This document shows, one piece after another, positions 8,938 through 18,305 of a stretch of DNA of 64,000 nucleotides. Below the pieces are notes generated by a model. That model searched no databases and was not told the DNA's origin. It was given only the letters and a program-made list of their open reading frames with translations. Positions within the stretch are counted from its first letter, which is position 1, and each line of letters begins with the position of its first letter. The DNA is from Candidatus Undinarchaeales archaeon. GTDB taxonomy: Archaea > SpSt-1190 > JASMDC01. A program made the translations under genes and the position numbers. Location of the stretch: contig JASMDC010000002.1 of assembly GCA_030753015.1 (NCBI GenBank), positions 64,001 to 128,000 of the forward strand. Reading direction: 5' to 3'.

Positions 8938-9620
8938 CAGCTCTTCCCCGTGAACAGGCCCTTTGCGTCCTCGTAAGCGTGGAGGACGGTGGATAGCACC
9001 GTCCATGCCGGGAGGCCGGAGTCGTAGATACTGATGACATTCTCCTCGTCCCGGTGCTTGCGATCGAACTCCCCATGAGGGAAGCCACCGATGACCACTA
9101 TAGGCCGCTTTTCCTTGGCCAGCTGACGCCCCAGTACCCGGGGCGACATCCGCTTGCCTTTCTTGGACAGGATGAAGACCTTGGACGGTTTCTCCCGTTC
9201 CAAGAGCTCATCAAGTGTCATATCCGCCAGTTCCAGCAGAGGCTGTTGTGGAGGGACGGCGCCCTCGATCAGGAGCTGACGCATTAGCCCTGCGAACCTA
9301 TTGTAGTCCTTCGGGATGCGCGTATAGCGGTTGATGGAGATTACTTTGTCGTGACGCGTGTGCACGTGAAGCCTGAGGTGGTCCTTGGAGTTGGCCACCG
9401 AGTGGAGGGCGGTGACCAGGCAGAAGTGGAGGATGTCGGGTCGCCCCCGTCGTCGACCATCGTCGAGCTTCCACGTCGCTCGGTGGTGATGTGTCGACTC
9501 AAGTAGCATATGGCGTGGTTCGTTCCCCGAACGCTCCGCTGATGCCGTGATGACGGTGTCCTTGTGCAACCGCTCCGGGACCAGTTCGAGCTCGGTCTCG
9601 GCAATGACGATGTGGAGCAT
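8937..9620 (-). CDS. nep1: 16S rRNA pseudouridine N1-methyltransferase Nep1/Emg1
   Basis: ELELVP, RRGRPDILHFCL, TRIPKDYNRFAGLM and IGGFPHGEF. Confidence 0.95.
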   Translation of the reverse strand: MLHIVIAETELELVPERLHKDTVITASAERSGNEPRHMLLESTHHHRATWKLDDGRRRGRPDILHFCLVTALHSVANSKDHLRLHVHTRHDKVISINRYTRIPKDYNRFAGLMRQLLIEGAVPPQQPLLELADMTLDELLEREKPSKVFILSKKGKRMSPRVLGRQLAKEKRPIVVIGGFPHGEFDRKHRDEENVISIYDSGLPAWTVLSTVLHAYEDAKGLFTGKS

Positions 9621-9675
9621 CAGGACATATCAGCTGGGAAATAGTAATAAAGTGCTCGGATGGGGGTTAAAAAGT

Positions 9676-9790
9676 GTTGGCGACGGTCCGGGCTTCCCAC
9701 CATCACGGCAGTACCACACGGAACGCGGGAGGACTTTACTTCCGGGTTCGAGATGGGACCGGGTGTTACCCCTCCGCTATGGCCGCCAAC
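9676..9790 (-). rRNA. rrf: 5S ribosomal RNA
   Basis: Reverse complement GUUGGCGGCCAUAGCGG...ACACCCGGUCCCAUCUCGAACCCGGAAGUAAAG...GUCGCCAAC with paired termini; followed by a T-run. Confidence 0.96.
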
Positions 9791-9812
9791 GTCAGCCTTT
9801 TTAGGGAGGGAC

Positions 9813-9820
9813 TTTTTATA
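9813..9820 (-). promoter_or_regulatory. TATA box for the 5S rRNA gene
   Basis: TATAAAAA about 25 nt upstream of the 5S 5' end. Confidence 0.7.
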
Positions 9821-9939
9821 GGTTGCGGTTAGGGCGGCCCGTTTCCCTGTATGATCAGCTCGATGGGACCTCTCCCGGTTGTCAAGTAGATATTAATTAT
9901 CCGGGTACGTATCCCTCGCACCAGGGAAGGAGATTCGCC

Positions 9940-10674
9940 ATGCCGAAATGTCCGAACTGCAACACCGAGGTTTCTCCCGACACGTTCAATTGCTCGACCT
10001 GTGGTGCCCAGGTGTCGCAGGCCGGGCCCGCCTATCCCGGTGCAGAACAATCGAAGATCTCAGGGGGACCGTCGGGTTCCTGGACAGGTGTCATAACCAA
10101 GGTTGTCGGAGTTGTGGTCGTAGGGCTGGTCTTCTTGTTACTCGTACTGCCCATCATCGCCAACATGTGGATCGCGAGCGTCCAGAAAGAGGTAACATCC
10201 GAGGCCGAGGAGCAGATCATGTCCTCGTTCCAGCATGGTACGCTCCAGATAGTATCGGCGTACGAGTGCGAGGACGACATCCCCGACTGTAAGACCCTTG
10301 GTAATCTCTGCTTCTTGGTGCGGAACACGGGGAATACGGTCATCCGACTGTCCGATCTTGGTTCGGCGTTGGTTGTCTACGAGCTTCCGGACGCTCCCGA
10401 GGCGGGAGACCGGCCGCTGATGGGCAAGTACATCAGTGGGACGTTCGGTGAAGATCTGACATGCTGCCTCTTCTCGGCCATGAGCGCCGAGGGTACCTGT
10501 GGTGAGAAGAAAATCATCGAGTCCAGGGAGACCTTCATCATCGGATTCAACGGGGAGTTTGAGGACGGTGCTGGCGCATCACGGCCGATGTCCTTTTCGA
10601 TCGTTGAGGAACAGCGACTAATCCTCAGTATGGACCTCCCTAGCGGGTTCAGGATTACCCATCAAGTGGTGTGA
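9940..10674 (+). CDS. Zinc-ribbon, single-TM protein with an extracellular pilin/archaellin-like domain
   Basis: CPNC..CSTCG, a TM helix, then LQIVSAY and FLVRNTGNT; AGGAG before ATG 9940 and a TATA-like box at 9891. Confidence 0.65.
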   Translation: MPKCPNCNTEVSPDTFNCSTCGAQVSQAGPAYPGAEQSKISGGPSGSWTGVITKVVGVVVVGLVFLLLVLPIIANMWIASVQKEVTSEAEEQIMSSFQHGTLQIVSAYECEDDIPDCKTLGNLCFLVRNTGNTVIRLSDLGSALVVYELPDAPEAGDRPLMGKYISGTFGEDLTCCLFSAMSAEGTCGEKKIIESRETFIIGFNGEFEDGAGASRPMSFSIVEEQRLILSMDLPSGFRITHQVV

Positions 10675-10695
10675 GCGGATACGCAGGACCGCTCA

Positions 10696-11883
10696 TCATT
10701 CTCCCGTGCCATTAGCTGAAAGGATCCCTTCCTGCCATCCCCAGGCACCAGTGACCCTTCCATCCTTGGCCAAGCGTCCGAGGCGGCTCCGTGTCCCGTC
10801 AGCGAGTGTCCCGGCAGGTTCACTCTCGAAAGGTGTTCCGGGTAGGGGCATGAACACATGGACATGGGCGCGACCGTTCCGTCTGAACACCTCTTCCATG
10901 AGGCCGAGGGTGAGCTCGACGTCCTCAGTCGTCTCGCCTGGAAGGCCGAACAGGATGTCGACGTCGCATGTAAAACCATGGTCTGTCGCCACGTCAAGGG
11001 CCTGACGCACGTGGTCCGCCGTGTGGCCCCGCCCCATCGTACGCAATAAACGATCCGAACCGCACTGTGCTCCTACCGAGAGCCTACGGTTGGCCACTCG
11101 GTCCGCGACAACGTCCAAGACCTCGGGCGTGACGAAGTCCGGTCGAACCTCCGAGGGGAAGGTGCCAAGGTAGGGTTCGACGCCATGAGAACGTACGGTG
11201 TCCAGGAGCTTGGTAAGCTTTTCAGGTCGAGGTGTCCTGCCGTCCGAGCCATAGGCGAACGAATTCGGGGCCAGGAACCATATACGTGGCTTGCCGTTGC
11301 GTGCGTATAAGCGTGCCGTCCGGTCGACGGAATCGAGAGAACGGTGGCGTACGCATCGGCCGAGCAGGTAGGTGACCTGGCAGTACCCACACCCGAAGGG
11401 ACATCCGCGGGAGATCTCCAGGGGAGCGAAGAGACGCAAGCGCTCGCTCATGGGTGGATGGGCGTCAAGGTCCACAGGTGGAGCCGGATCGAACTGCCCT
11501 TCATACCCGTGTCCATAGATCCCTGGGATGCCCGCGGGCGGAACGCCGTCCCGGAGAGCTCGAGATAGCTGCCCTAGCGCATCCTCGCCCTCGCCCACAC
11601 ACACCCAATCGAACCCGTGTTCCAGGGCCTCCGCGGGCCGGGCCGAAGGGTGGGGGCCACCTGCAATGGTGCGCATACCTCGCGGGAGCGTGGCGAGCTC
11701 ACGATAGACCTTGTCCGCCCGGAGCGTGGTGAACGAGTAGGCTAGGAGGTCGACCTCGGCCGAGCGCGGCTCGTCGACCGTGACGATATCGATCCCGTCC
11801 ACACATTCCAGTGCACCGGCGAGCGCCGGGAGGGTGTAACGACTGGGTTTGGTGTACCGAAGACCGACGGTCAATCGTCCCAT
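10696..11883 (-). CDS. B12-binding domain radical SAM protein (TIGR04013-like)
   Basis: AGGPHPS, VGEGE, EISRGCPFGCGYCQ and GTFPSEVRP. Confidence 0.88.
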   Translation of the reverse strand: MGRLTVGLRYTKPSRYTLPALAGALECVDGIDIVTVDEPRSAEVDLLAYSFTTLRADKVYRELATLPRGMRTIAGGPHPSARPAEALEHGFDWVCVGEGEDALGQLSRALRDGVPPAGIPGIYGHGYEGQFDPAPPVDLDAHPPMSERLRLFAPLEISRGCPFGCGYCQVTYLLGRCVRHRSLDSVDRTARLYARNGKPRIWFLAPNSFAYGSDGRTPRPEKLTKLLDTVRSHGVEPYLGTFPSEVRPDFVTPEVLDVVADRVANRRLSVGAQCGSDRLLRTMGRGHTADHVRQALDVATDHGFTCDVDILFGLPGETTEDVELTLGLMEEVFRRNGRAHVHVFMPLPGTPFESEPAGTLADGTRSRLGRLAKDGRVTGAWGWQEGILSANGTGE

Positions 11884-11893
11884 GGGACCCGTT

Positions 11894-13774
11894 CTACCGG
11901 AAGGTGGGACGGACCGAGAGCCTCATGGGGAGGTACAGGTGCCTGAACGGTTTGTCCGCCGTCTCCTCCTTGATCCGGGAGACCAGGCTGTCCTCGGAGA
12001 GTCCTTCCTGCTTTTTCGTGGAGCGCACTCGGACCGCGAGCTCGCCGCCTTCGGCCTCCTTGTCGCCGAACACGATGATGTAGGGGATCCACTCCTTCGC
12101 GGCGTTGCGGATGCGCTTACCTACTGTCTCGTCGGTGTCGTCGGTGTCGACCCGGATTTCCTTGCTCCGGATGCTGCTTGCAAGGGTCTCAGCACCCTCC
12201 TTGTGTCGCTCCGCCACCGGGATGACACGCACCTGGGTGGGCGCCAGCCATACCGGCAGCTGGGCGACCCCGCCCTTCTCGGCGGTCATGTGAGCGGTTT
12301 CCAGCATAGCATAGATGTCCCGCTCCACTGCCCCGGAGATGGAGCAATGCAGGAGGAGCGGTGTCTGCTTGGAGTCCTTCTCGTCGACGTAACTGATTCC
12401 GAACCGTTCGGAGTTCTCGACATCGATCTGCACGGTGGAGAGGGCCGAACACTTATCCAGGGCGTCGACGAAGTTGAACTCGAACTTAACGACGAAGTAA
12501 GCATAGCGCTTGTCCCAGATCTCGATGAGGGCAGGTCGCTCGATGATGCGGATCATCTCCTGGACCCACTCCTTATTATCCTCGTAGAAGTCCTTGACGA
12601 CACGGAACACTACCTGATAGTTGAGCCCGAGGTCGTCCATGATGTCGCAGGAGAGCTTGTACTGGTTGAAGAACTCCGCCTTGGACTGGTCCATGTCCTT
12701 GCATACGGTGTGCATATCGGGCATGGTGAAGGCCCTAAGGCGCCGTAGCCCGACGAGCTCGCCTGCCTGCTCGCGTCGGAAGGAGTAGCGGGTGAGCTCA
12801 TACATCCGCAGCGGGAGGTTGCGGTAGGTGATGTTCATATTGTGCTTCATGAGGAACTGACCGAAGCAAGCAGCGAAGCGCATGAAGTACTTCTTTGTTC
12901 CGGACATCAGTGTGTACTGTCGTGCCGGGAACCGGTTGAGGTACTTCTCCAGAGCAGGGTGGTGATAGTCGTACATGAGGGGGGTCTCGACGGGCATACC
13001 GCCGTAGTTCACCGTCACACTGGTGATATGGTCCTCGAGTAGGTTCTTGATCAGCTCGCCCTTGGGGTACCAGCGCATGTTGCCCTGGTCGGAGCCCGGC
13101 TCATAGTCAGCGATCTCAAGCCGCTGCATGAGAGTGACGTGCGGTGGGATCCGGTCCACCGAGCGCACGCCCGATACCTCATAGTTGTAGAACCGCTTCA
13201 GGTCGGGGAATTTCTGGTAGTTGAATGAATCGGAAGGGTGGAGGGAACCGTCTGGTGTTAGGACGTTGAGCGTGTGCTTGACCTCCTCCTCCTCCTTGAG
13301 CGCCTGGGAGACTACCTCTTTCTCTTCCTGGGCCCCGCCCGCCTCGCCAGCGTAGATTATACGGGTGAGCTCCGATAGAGGGTGGCCCTTGCACTTGATG
13401 GTGAATCCCTTGTACCAGCCGAAGGGACTGCGGTGGACCTCCCATCCACCAGCTTGTAAGAAGGTCTCCATCCGTTTTAGGATCTTGATCGACTTGTTGG
13501 GGCCGGCAGGATCGGCTCCGAAGAGGAAGTGGACATAGGGATAGAGCACGATGCGCTCGGGCTTCACCTGCTCGGCCACGGCCACGATCTCGTTGGAGAC
13601 CTTCAGGGCGATAGCGTCCACATCCGCCTCGTCCGCTTTCTCGACGGCCAGAAAGCACACGAGGGCCTCCTCGACGCGCCCCTGCTTCATATCGTCAGGA
13701 ATGTCCTCTGCGACCTTGGTTTTCTTCTTGGCCTCGAACTCGAGGAAGTCTGAATGGATTAGTGCGATCCGCAT
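11894..13774 (-). CDS. thrS: Threonyl-tRNA synthetase, archaeal type with N-terminal editing domain
   Basis: MRIALIHSD, YPYVH, PFGWYK, RFAACFGQF, RLRAFTMPDMH and LPVWLAPTQVR. Confidence 0.97.
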   Translation of the reverse strand: MRIALIHSDFLEFEAKKKTKVAEDIPDDMKQGRVEEALVCFLAVEKADEADVDAIALKVSNEIVAVAEQVKPERIVLYPYVHFLFGADPAGPNKSIKILKRMETFLQAGGWEVHRSPFGWYKGFTIKCKGHPLSELTRIIYAGEAGGAQEEKEVVSQALKEEEEVKHTLNVLTPDGSLHPSDSFNYQKFPDLKRFYNYEVSGVRSVDRIPPHVTLMQRLEIADYEPGSDQGNMRWYPKGELIKNLLEDHITSVTVNYGGMPVETPLMYDYHHPALEKYLNRFPARQYTLMSGTKKYFMRFAACFGQFLMKHNMNITYRNLPLRMYELTRYSFRREQAGELVGLRRLRAFTMPDMHTVCKDMDQSKAEFFNQYKLSCDIMDDLGLNYQVVFRVVKDFYEDNKEWVQEMIRIIERPALIEIWDKRYAYFVVKFEFNFVDALDKCSALSTVQIDVENSERFGISYVDEKDSKQTPLLLHCSISGAVERDIYAMLETAHMTAEKGGVAQLPVWLAPTQVRVIPVAERHKEGAETLASSIRSKEIRVDTDDTDETVGKRIRNAAKEWIPYIIVFGDKEAEGGELAVRVRSTKKQEGLSEDSLVSRIKEETADKPFRHLYLPMRLSVRPTFR

Positions 13775-13845
13775 GATAACACCTTCGCGTGAGACGCAAC
13801 CAAACACTTAAAAGGTTGAAGCGGTCGCGCGGTTCAAGAGGGTCC

Positions 13846-14169
13846 ATGACAATGGTGAAACACGAGACGGGAGCTCAGGACAAGGACAAGATGCGCGATC
13901 TATTCCTCCAGGAGATGCCCGCCAAGATCCTTCTTCTTCTAAAAAAACGCAGCCTCAATAAGAGCGTGCGCGACTCATACGCCTCTCAGATTTCCAAGGA
14001 CGTGGATTGTACCTACTCGCACACGGTCAAACTGCTTGGCGAGATGAACAAGCTCGGTCTGGTCAAGTTCGAGCGTAAGGGGCGCCTCAAGCTCGTGATC
14101 CTCTCGACACGGGGCTTCGATCTGGCCAGCCGGCTCGATACCCTTGTGCGGAACCTTAACAAGGTCTGA
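13846..14169 (+). CDS. Winged-helix (MarR-like) DNA-binding protein
   Basis: YASQISKDVDCTYSHTVKLL...GLVKFERKGRLK. Confidence 0.82.
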   Translation: MTMVKHETGAQDKDKMRDLFLQEMPAKILLLLKKRSLNKSVRDSYASQISKDVDCTYSHTVKLLGEMNKLGLVKFERKGRLKLVILSTRGFDLASRLDTLVRNLNKV

Positions 14170-14188
14170 GGATCAAGACCAGCCGCTC

Positions 14189-15187
14189 TTATGAGCTATC
14201 TCCGATCCAGGTGACATCTACTTCGTCGGTGCGGAAGCGCTGGGTTGTGAAGGACTCCTCGATGCCTTCCTTGATACCGGTCTCGTACATCTGCTCGCCA
14301 ACGAGGGCGATCATGGTACCGTTGTCACCGGCATACTCCCGGGGCACCACGTAGGCGTCACCTCCACGCTCATGGGCCATGGTGGCCACCATCTCGAAGA
14401 GGCGCTTATTGGCCGCAACACCGCCCACGAGGAGAGCGTCCTGCTTTTGGGTGTGGGCCATTGCACGCTCGGTGACCTCGGTTAGCATGGCGAAGGAGAC
14501 CTCCTGGACGGCCATGCACAGCGCTTTCATGTCCGCACCGTCGGCGAGCCGCCGCTTGATGTCGGAGAGGATGCCCGAGTAGGAGAGGTCCATACCCTTG
14601 ACCACGTACGGGAGCTCGATGAGGTCCGCACCCGCCTCGGCTGCCTCCCGGGCCATCCGCTCTACCGCCGGACCACCTGGGTGAGGGAGACCACCATACC
14701 GACAGAACTGGTCGAATAGGTTGCCGATGGGGATGTCCAGTGTCTCGCCGAACACGCGGTAACGATGCTCTTCATAGGCGATGACCTGGGTGTTGCCGCC
14801 GCTCACATAAAGAGTCACGGGATCGTCGATGTCACATGCCAGCCGCCCCACCTCGATGTGAGCGATGCAGTGGTTCACTGGGACCAGTGGGATACCATGA
14901 CGGATGGCCAGTGTCCGCGCCGTCACGAGCCCCGCAGCGAGGCAAGGGCCGAGTCCCGGTCCACGGGCGTAGGCAACAGCGTCAAGTTCGCTAGCACTCG
15001 TCCCCGCGGTCTCCAATGCCTCCGTGACCACCTTGGCGGCCACCTGTGCATGGTGCTCCGCAGCATCGCTGGGGCGGATGCCACCGACGGGGGGTTTGAA
15101 CGTGTCCATGATGTTGGAGAGGAGCGTACGCTCATGGCAAACGCCACACCCGAACGTATGGGCCGTTGACTCGATACCAAGGATCAC
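14189..15187 (-). CDS. kae1: tRNA N6-threonylcarbamoyladenosine synthase Kae1 (stand-alone)
   Basis: GIESTAHT, GPGLGPCL, VNHCIAHIE, YVSGGNTQ, GGVAAN and DNGTMIA. Confidence 0.96.
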   Translation of the reverse strand: MILGIESTAHTFGCGVCHERTLLSNIMDTFKPPVGGIRPSDAAEHHAQVAAKVVTEALETAGTSASELDAVAYARGPGLGPCLAAGLVTARTLAIRHGIPLVPVNHCIAHIEVGRLACDIDDPVTLYVSGGNTQVIAYEEHRYRVFGETLDIPIGNLFDQFCRYGGLPHPGGPAVERMAREAAEAGADLIELPYVVKGMDLSYSGILSDIKRRLADGADMKALCMAVQEVSFAMLTEVTERAMAHTQKQDALLVGGVAANKRLFEMVATMAHERGGDAYVVPREYAGDNGTMIALVGEQMYETGIKEGIEESFTTQRFRTDEVDVTWIGDSS

Positions 15188-15240
15188 GCATCCGAGTCGA
15201 AGGGGAAGACATTAAAAGATTGTTCCCGTCTGCCGCCGGT

Positions 15241-15789
15241 ATGTCAAGCTCCGAGGACATCACATGGGACGGCGAGTCCCTCGTCACCGCTACTATCGGT
15301 GAAGGCTACGAGGCCGAGAAGATAACCGGTGACTGCGACTTCGTCATCCAGGAGCTCATCAATGACGACCGCTCGCTCCGAGAACTCTATATCAACTGGT
15401 CCTGGACAAAGAAGGAAAAGGAGTACAGCGGCTTTGCGGTCATCGAGCCCGAGGGTGATGTAGAGTTCTGGGACAGCCGTCTTAAGGCCATCGGTGAGAA
15501 GGATCACCTTGACATCCACCATAAGGTGGAAGGATATATCCACAGCGTCAATGTGGTGTTGGATAAAGAGACCAAGGCTTTCGCGAACCTCTCCGAGGCC
15601 ATCGCATTCGCAAAGGAGCACAAGAAGGAGTTCGATGAGATCGACTTCGACATCATCCTTCCAAGCATACCTCTGCCGGGCAAGACGAAGATCTCCCCCA
15701 GGCGGGAGGAGGTGCTCGTCCATCTACCCGCGGTAGAGGACCATCTCCACGAGCATGAGAAGCACAAGGAACGCGTGGAGCTTATCTAG
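15241..15789 (+). CDS. Hypothetical acidic protein
   Basis: Open frame with host-like codon use; TATA-like ATTAAAA at about 15211, divergent from kae1. Confidence 0.65.
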   Translation: MSSSEDITWDGESLVTATIGEGYEAEKITGDCDFVIQELINDDRSLRELYINWSWTKKEKEYSGFAVIEPEGDVEFWDSRLKAIGEKDHLDIHHKVEGYIHSVNVVLDKETKAFANLSEAIAFAKEHKKEFDEIDFDIILPSIPLPGKTKISPRREEVLVHLPAVEDHLHEHEKHKERVELI

Positions 15790-15900
15790 TCGGGACCCGC
15801 TTATCCGGTTCCAAGGGACCGGGGCAGAAATCGTCATGTCAATAGCGTGAGAACTGGGGAGAACGACTTACCGGACAATCCCGCACAGTGGGATGAGGAG

Positions 15901-16068
15901 CTATTTCTTCCCGTACTCTGTGTAGCCGCAGCGGCCGCAGTGGAAGCGGTCCGCGTGCTTGGCCAGGAAGACGCCGTCCCCGCACCGCGGGCAGGGCTTG
16001 TTGTTCCGCTTCAGCTTCTCACCGTCAAGGGAATAGGCGGCGTTGGGAGTACCATCGGAGCTTACCAT
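15901..16068 (-). CDS. rps27ae: 30S ribosomal protein S27ae
   Basis: Not in the ORF track; translates MVSSDG...[28 protein letters not shown]; ATG overlaps the rps24e stop. Confidence 0.95.
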   Translation of the reverse strand: MVSSDGTPNAAYSLDGEKLKRNNKPCPRCGDGVFLAKHADRFHCGRCGYTEYGKK

Positions 16069-16601
16069 CAGGCTTTCTCCTCCTTAGGTGCCTTTTCCTT
16101 CTTTCCCTCGGCCTTCTTCTCCTTTGGCGCCTTTTCCTTCTTTCCCTCGGCCTTCTTCTCCTTTGGCGCCTTTTCCTTCTTTACCTTGGCCTTCTTCTCC
16201 TTTGGCGCCTCTTCCTTCTTATCCTCGGTCTTCTCTTCCTTTGGCGCCTCTTCCTTCTTTTCCTCGGCCTTCTCTTCCTTTGGCGCCTCTTCCTTCTTTT
16301 CCTCGGCCTTCTCTTCGCCCTTGATGAGGCCGTTCTTCCTCAGCGTGGCCTTGGTCTCCACTTTTGCGAGCACACCAGCGTCCTTGTAGACCGAGGCATT
16401 GCCCTCACAGGAGTCGATGCCGAAGGTTGTCTCGTACCGGTTGACGATCAAGAGCTCCTTCTTCGCCTTCAGGGCCGATGCCAATTGGGCTCGCACCTCG
16501 CCGATGGGCGGGGTGGCGGCAGTCTTGTGGTCGATGCGGAAGCGCACCTCGGTGCGCGCGAGCAGGAGGTTCTCGTTCTTCTCAACGATTTCAACTTCCA
16601 T
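16068..16601 (-). CDS. rps24e: 30S ribosomal protein S24e with K/E/A/P repeat tail
   Basis: [17 protein letters not shown]...EVR..LA and TTFG. Confidence 0.93.
   Translation of the reverse strand: MEVEIVEKNENLLLARTEVRFRIDHKTAATPPIGEVRAQLASALKAKKELLIVNRYETTFGIDSCEGNASVYKDAGVLAKVETKATLRKNGLIKGEEKAEEKKEEAPKEEKAEEKKEEAPKEEKTEDKKEEAPKEKKAKVKKEKAPKEKKAEGKKEKAPKEKKAEGKKEKAPKEEKA
16075..16317. repeat. 39-nt tandem coding repeat (about 6 copies) encoding [13 protein letters not shown]-like units
   Basis: Units start at about 16081, 16120, 16159, 16198, 16237 and 16276. Confidence 0.88.
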
Positions 16602-16625
16602 GTAAATTCACTCCGTATGTAAATA

Positions 16626-16811
16626 TTATCGTACGCGCAGTGCGTACTTTCCGGGGATATCGACTCCCATCTCGGTAGCAATGATGGAATCATTCGCGTC
16701 CAGGATGTGTGCCACCCCGGTCCATGTAGTCGTGAAGGAGTCGCCCCCGCAAATGGGGCACTTGTCCTTCAGTACGATGCGGCGGCAGGAGCGGCAGACC
16801 TTCTCAGGCAA
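16626..16811 (-). CDS. spt4: Transcription elongation factor Spt4 (RpoE'')
   Basis: CRSC..CPICG, W.G and PGKYALRVR; TTG start after GGAGGTG. Confidence 0.93.
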   Translation of the reverse strand: MPEKVCRSCRRIVLKDKCPICGGDSFTTTWTGVAHILDANDSIIATEMGVDIPGKYALRVR

Positions 16812-17355
16812 GGACAACACCTCCTTCCTCCTCGCCAGCCCAATCGATCTTGCCAAGACCGGGCTGGCGCATGGTCAGACCGACCTTGGCGGACTGGCTG
16901 TGCTTGTAGGACACGGTGATGATGCGTGCCCTGACCTTGTCGCCGCTCTTGAGTACGCGCTTGCTCTCGCGGCCCATGAGAACACCGTCCTTACTGTACG
17001 AGATATAATCATCGGTGATCTGCGAGATGTGGACGAGGCCGTCGATGGGCCCGAGGCGGATGAACGCACCGAAGTCCACGATCTCGATGATAGTGCCCTC
17101 GACCACTTCGTGGAGCTCGGGTCGGTAGATGAGCATCTCGAACACTGTGTCGTAGTAGACGCCAGCGTCACCGGGGATGATCTTCCCCTCGCCAACGCTC
17201 TCTACCTTGGTGATACAGAGCACAACACCGACCTGACGGTCCATGAGGCCCTCATATGCCTTGCGCAGGGACACATCTACCGCTTCCATGGGCTTCTTGC
17301 CCAGGAGCGATGGATCCACCCGGACGCTGTCGCGCATCGAGACCAGTTTATACAT
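16804..17355 (-). CDS. rpoE1: RNA polymerase subunit Rpo7 (E')
   Basis: GKIIPGDAGVYY, P.LHEVVEG and FGAFIRLGPIDGLVHISQI. Confidence 0.96.
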   Translation of the reverse strand: MYKLVSMRDSVRVDPSLLGKKPMEAVDVSLRKAYEGLMDRQVGVVLCITKVESVGEGKIIPGDAGVYYDTVFEMLIYRPELHEVVEGTIIEIVDFGAFIRLGPIDGLVHISQITDDYISYSKDGVLMGRESKRVLKSGDKVRARIITVSYKHSQSAKVGLTMRQPGLGKIDWAGEEEGGVVLA

Positions 17356-17367
17356 GATTATACCCTC

Positions 17368-17925
17368 CTATCGAATCTCCAGTTTCGGCCGCACCTTCTT
17401 ATCGAACAGCCGCATCGAATGTGCGATGACCTTGCGAGCGGTCACCGCATCCCGCCATCCTAGCACCTCAGTGGTGACGTCCCCGGCGAGTTCGCTCTGG
17501 AGACTGAAGTACCGGGCGATCTCCTTAGGGAGGTTGGTTGGCAGGTCGTCAAGTCGTTTGATATCAGCGAGCGTTCGGTCGCGGACTGGCACGGCCAGCA
17601 CCGTGTCCGAGCGTTGCTCACCTGTGATCATTTCAAGTATCGCTATAGGGCGCGACTCGATGACGCACCCGGGAAATGTCGGTTCGTTGGTGACGACCAG
17701 ACAGTCGAGGGGCTCCCCGTTGTCAAAGATCGTCTGCGGTATGATCCCGTAATCGCCGTTGTGGAAGACGGGGGCAGAGAGTACCGTAGTGAGCTGGTAG
17801 TACACTTGTCCCTTGTCAGAGACCATCTCGTACTTGTTACGTCCCCCGCGGGGTACTTCGACCACGACGTTGATGATTTCTGGCGGATCCGGTCCAGGCG
17901 GGATGGTGATCCAGGGGTTGCTCAT
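17368..17925 (-). CDS. ppa: Family I inorganic pyrophosphatase homolog with degenerate active site
   Basis: PGPDPPE, RNKYE, DYGIIPQT and FPGCVIESRPI; many catalytic residues substituted. Confidence 0.85.
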   Translation of the reverse strand: MSNPWITIPPGPDPPEIINVVVEVPRGGRNKYEMVSDKGQVYYQLTTVLSAPVFHNGDYGIIPQTIFDNGEPLDCLVVTNEPTFPGCVIESRPIAILEMITGEQRSDTVLAVPVRDRTLADIKRLDDLPTNLPKEIARYFSLQSELAGDVTTEVLGWRDAVTARKVIAHSMRLFDKKVRPKLEIR

Positions 17926-18305
17926 GCGCTCACCTCCTCAAGATGACTACGGTTGCGGAGTACCACAACGGGGCGTCTAAGCTCGGCGAGACGCTGCTTG
18001 AGCTCTTTGTCCTGTGTACACACTACGGCCCCTTCCTCCTGGGAAAGGGCGACGAGAATGTCGTCCGTCGATCCCGGAGCGGTGAATGGAAGCACGGCGA
18101 CCCCTAAATCTACAAGCTTGAGCCCGACCTCGGCCGCGAGGTTGTCTCGGCCACGGCCAGCGGTTGCCAGTGCCCGCAACTCGTCCATGACAGCGGGGAC
18201 GGTGACCGTCTCAGCACTGGGATTGAGGCGAGTGAGCTCGGTCAGGACGTCCACACCAAAGTTATGTGGGATCATCAGGAAATTCGTATCGAGAGCGTAC
18301 ATCAT
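17922..18305 (-). CDS. PIN-domain protein (Fcf1/Utp24-like)
   Basis: LDTNFLM, VMDEL, TDD and VCTQDKELK; follows eif2g. Confidence 0.9.
   Translation of the reverse strand: MMYALDTNFLMIPHNFGVDVLTELTRLNPSAETVTVPAVMDELRALATAGRGRDNLAAEVGLKLVDLGVAVLPFTAPGSTDDILVALSQEEGAVVCTQDKELKQRLAELRRPVVVLRNRSHLEEVSA

Noticed and set aside
15790-15900. Small hairpins between convergent genes as an ncRNA or SECIS
   Set aside because: Short stems only, no box motifs in proper order, and no Sec-UGA gene nearby; probably termination signals
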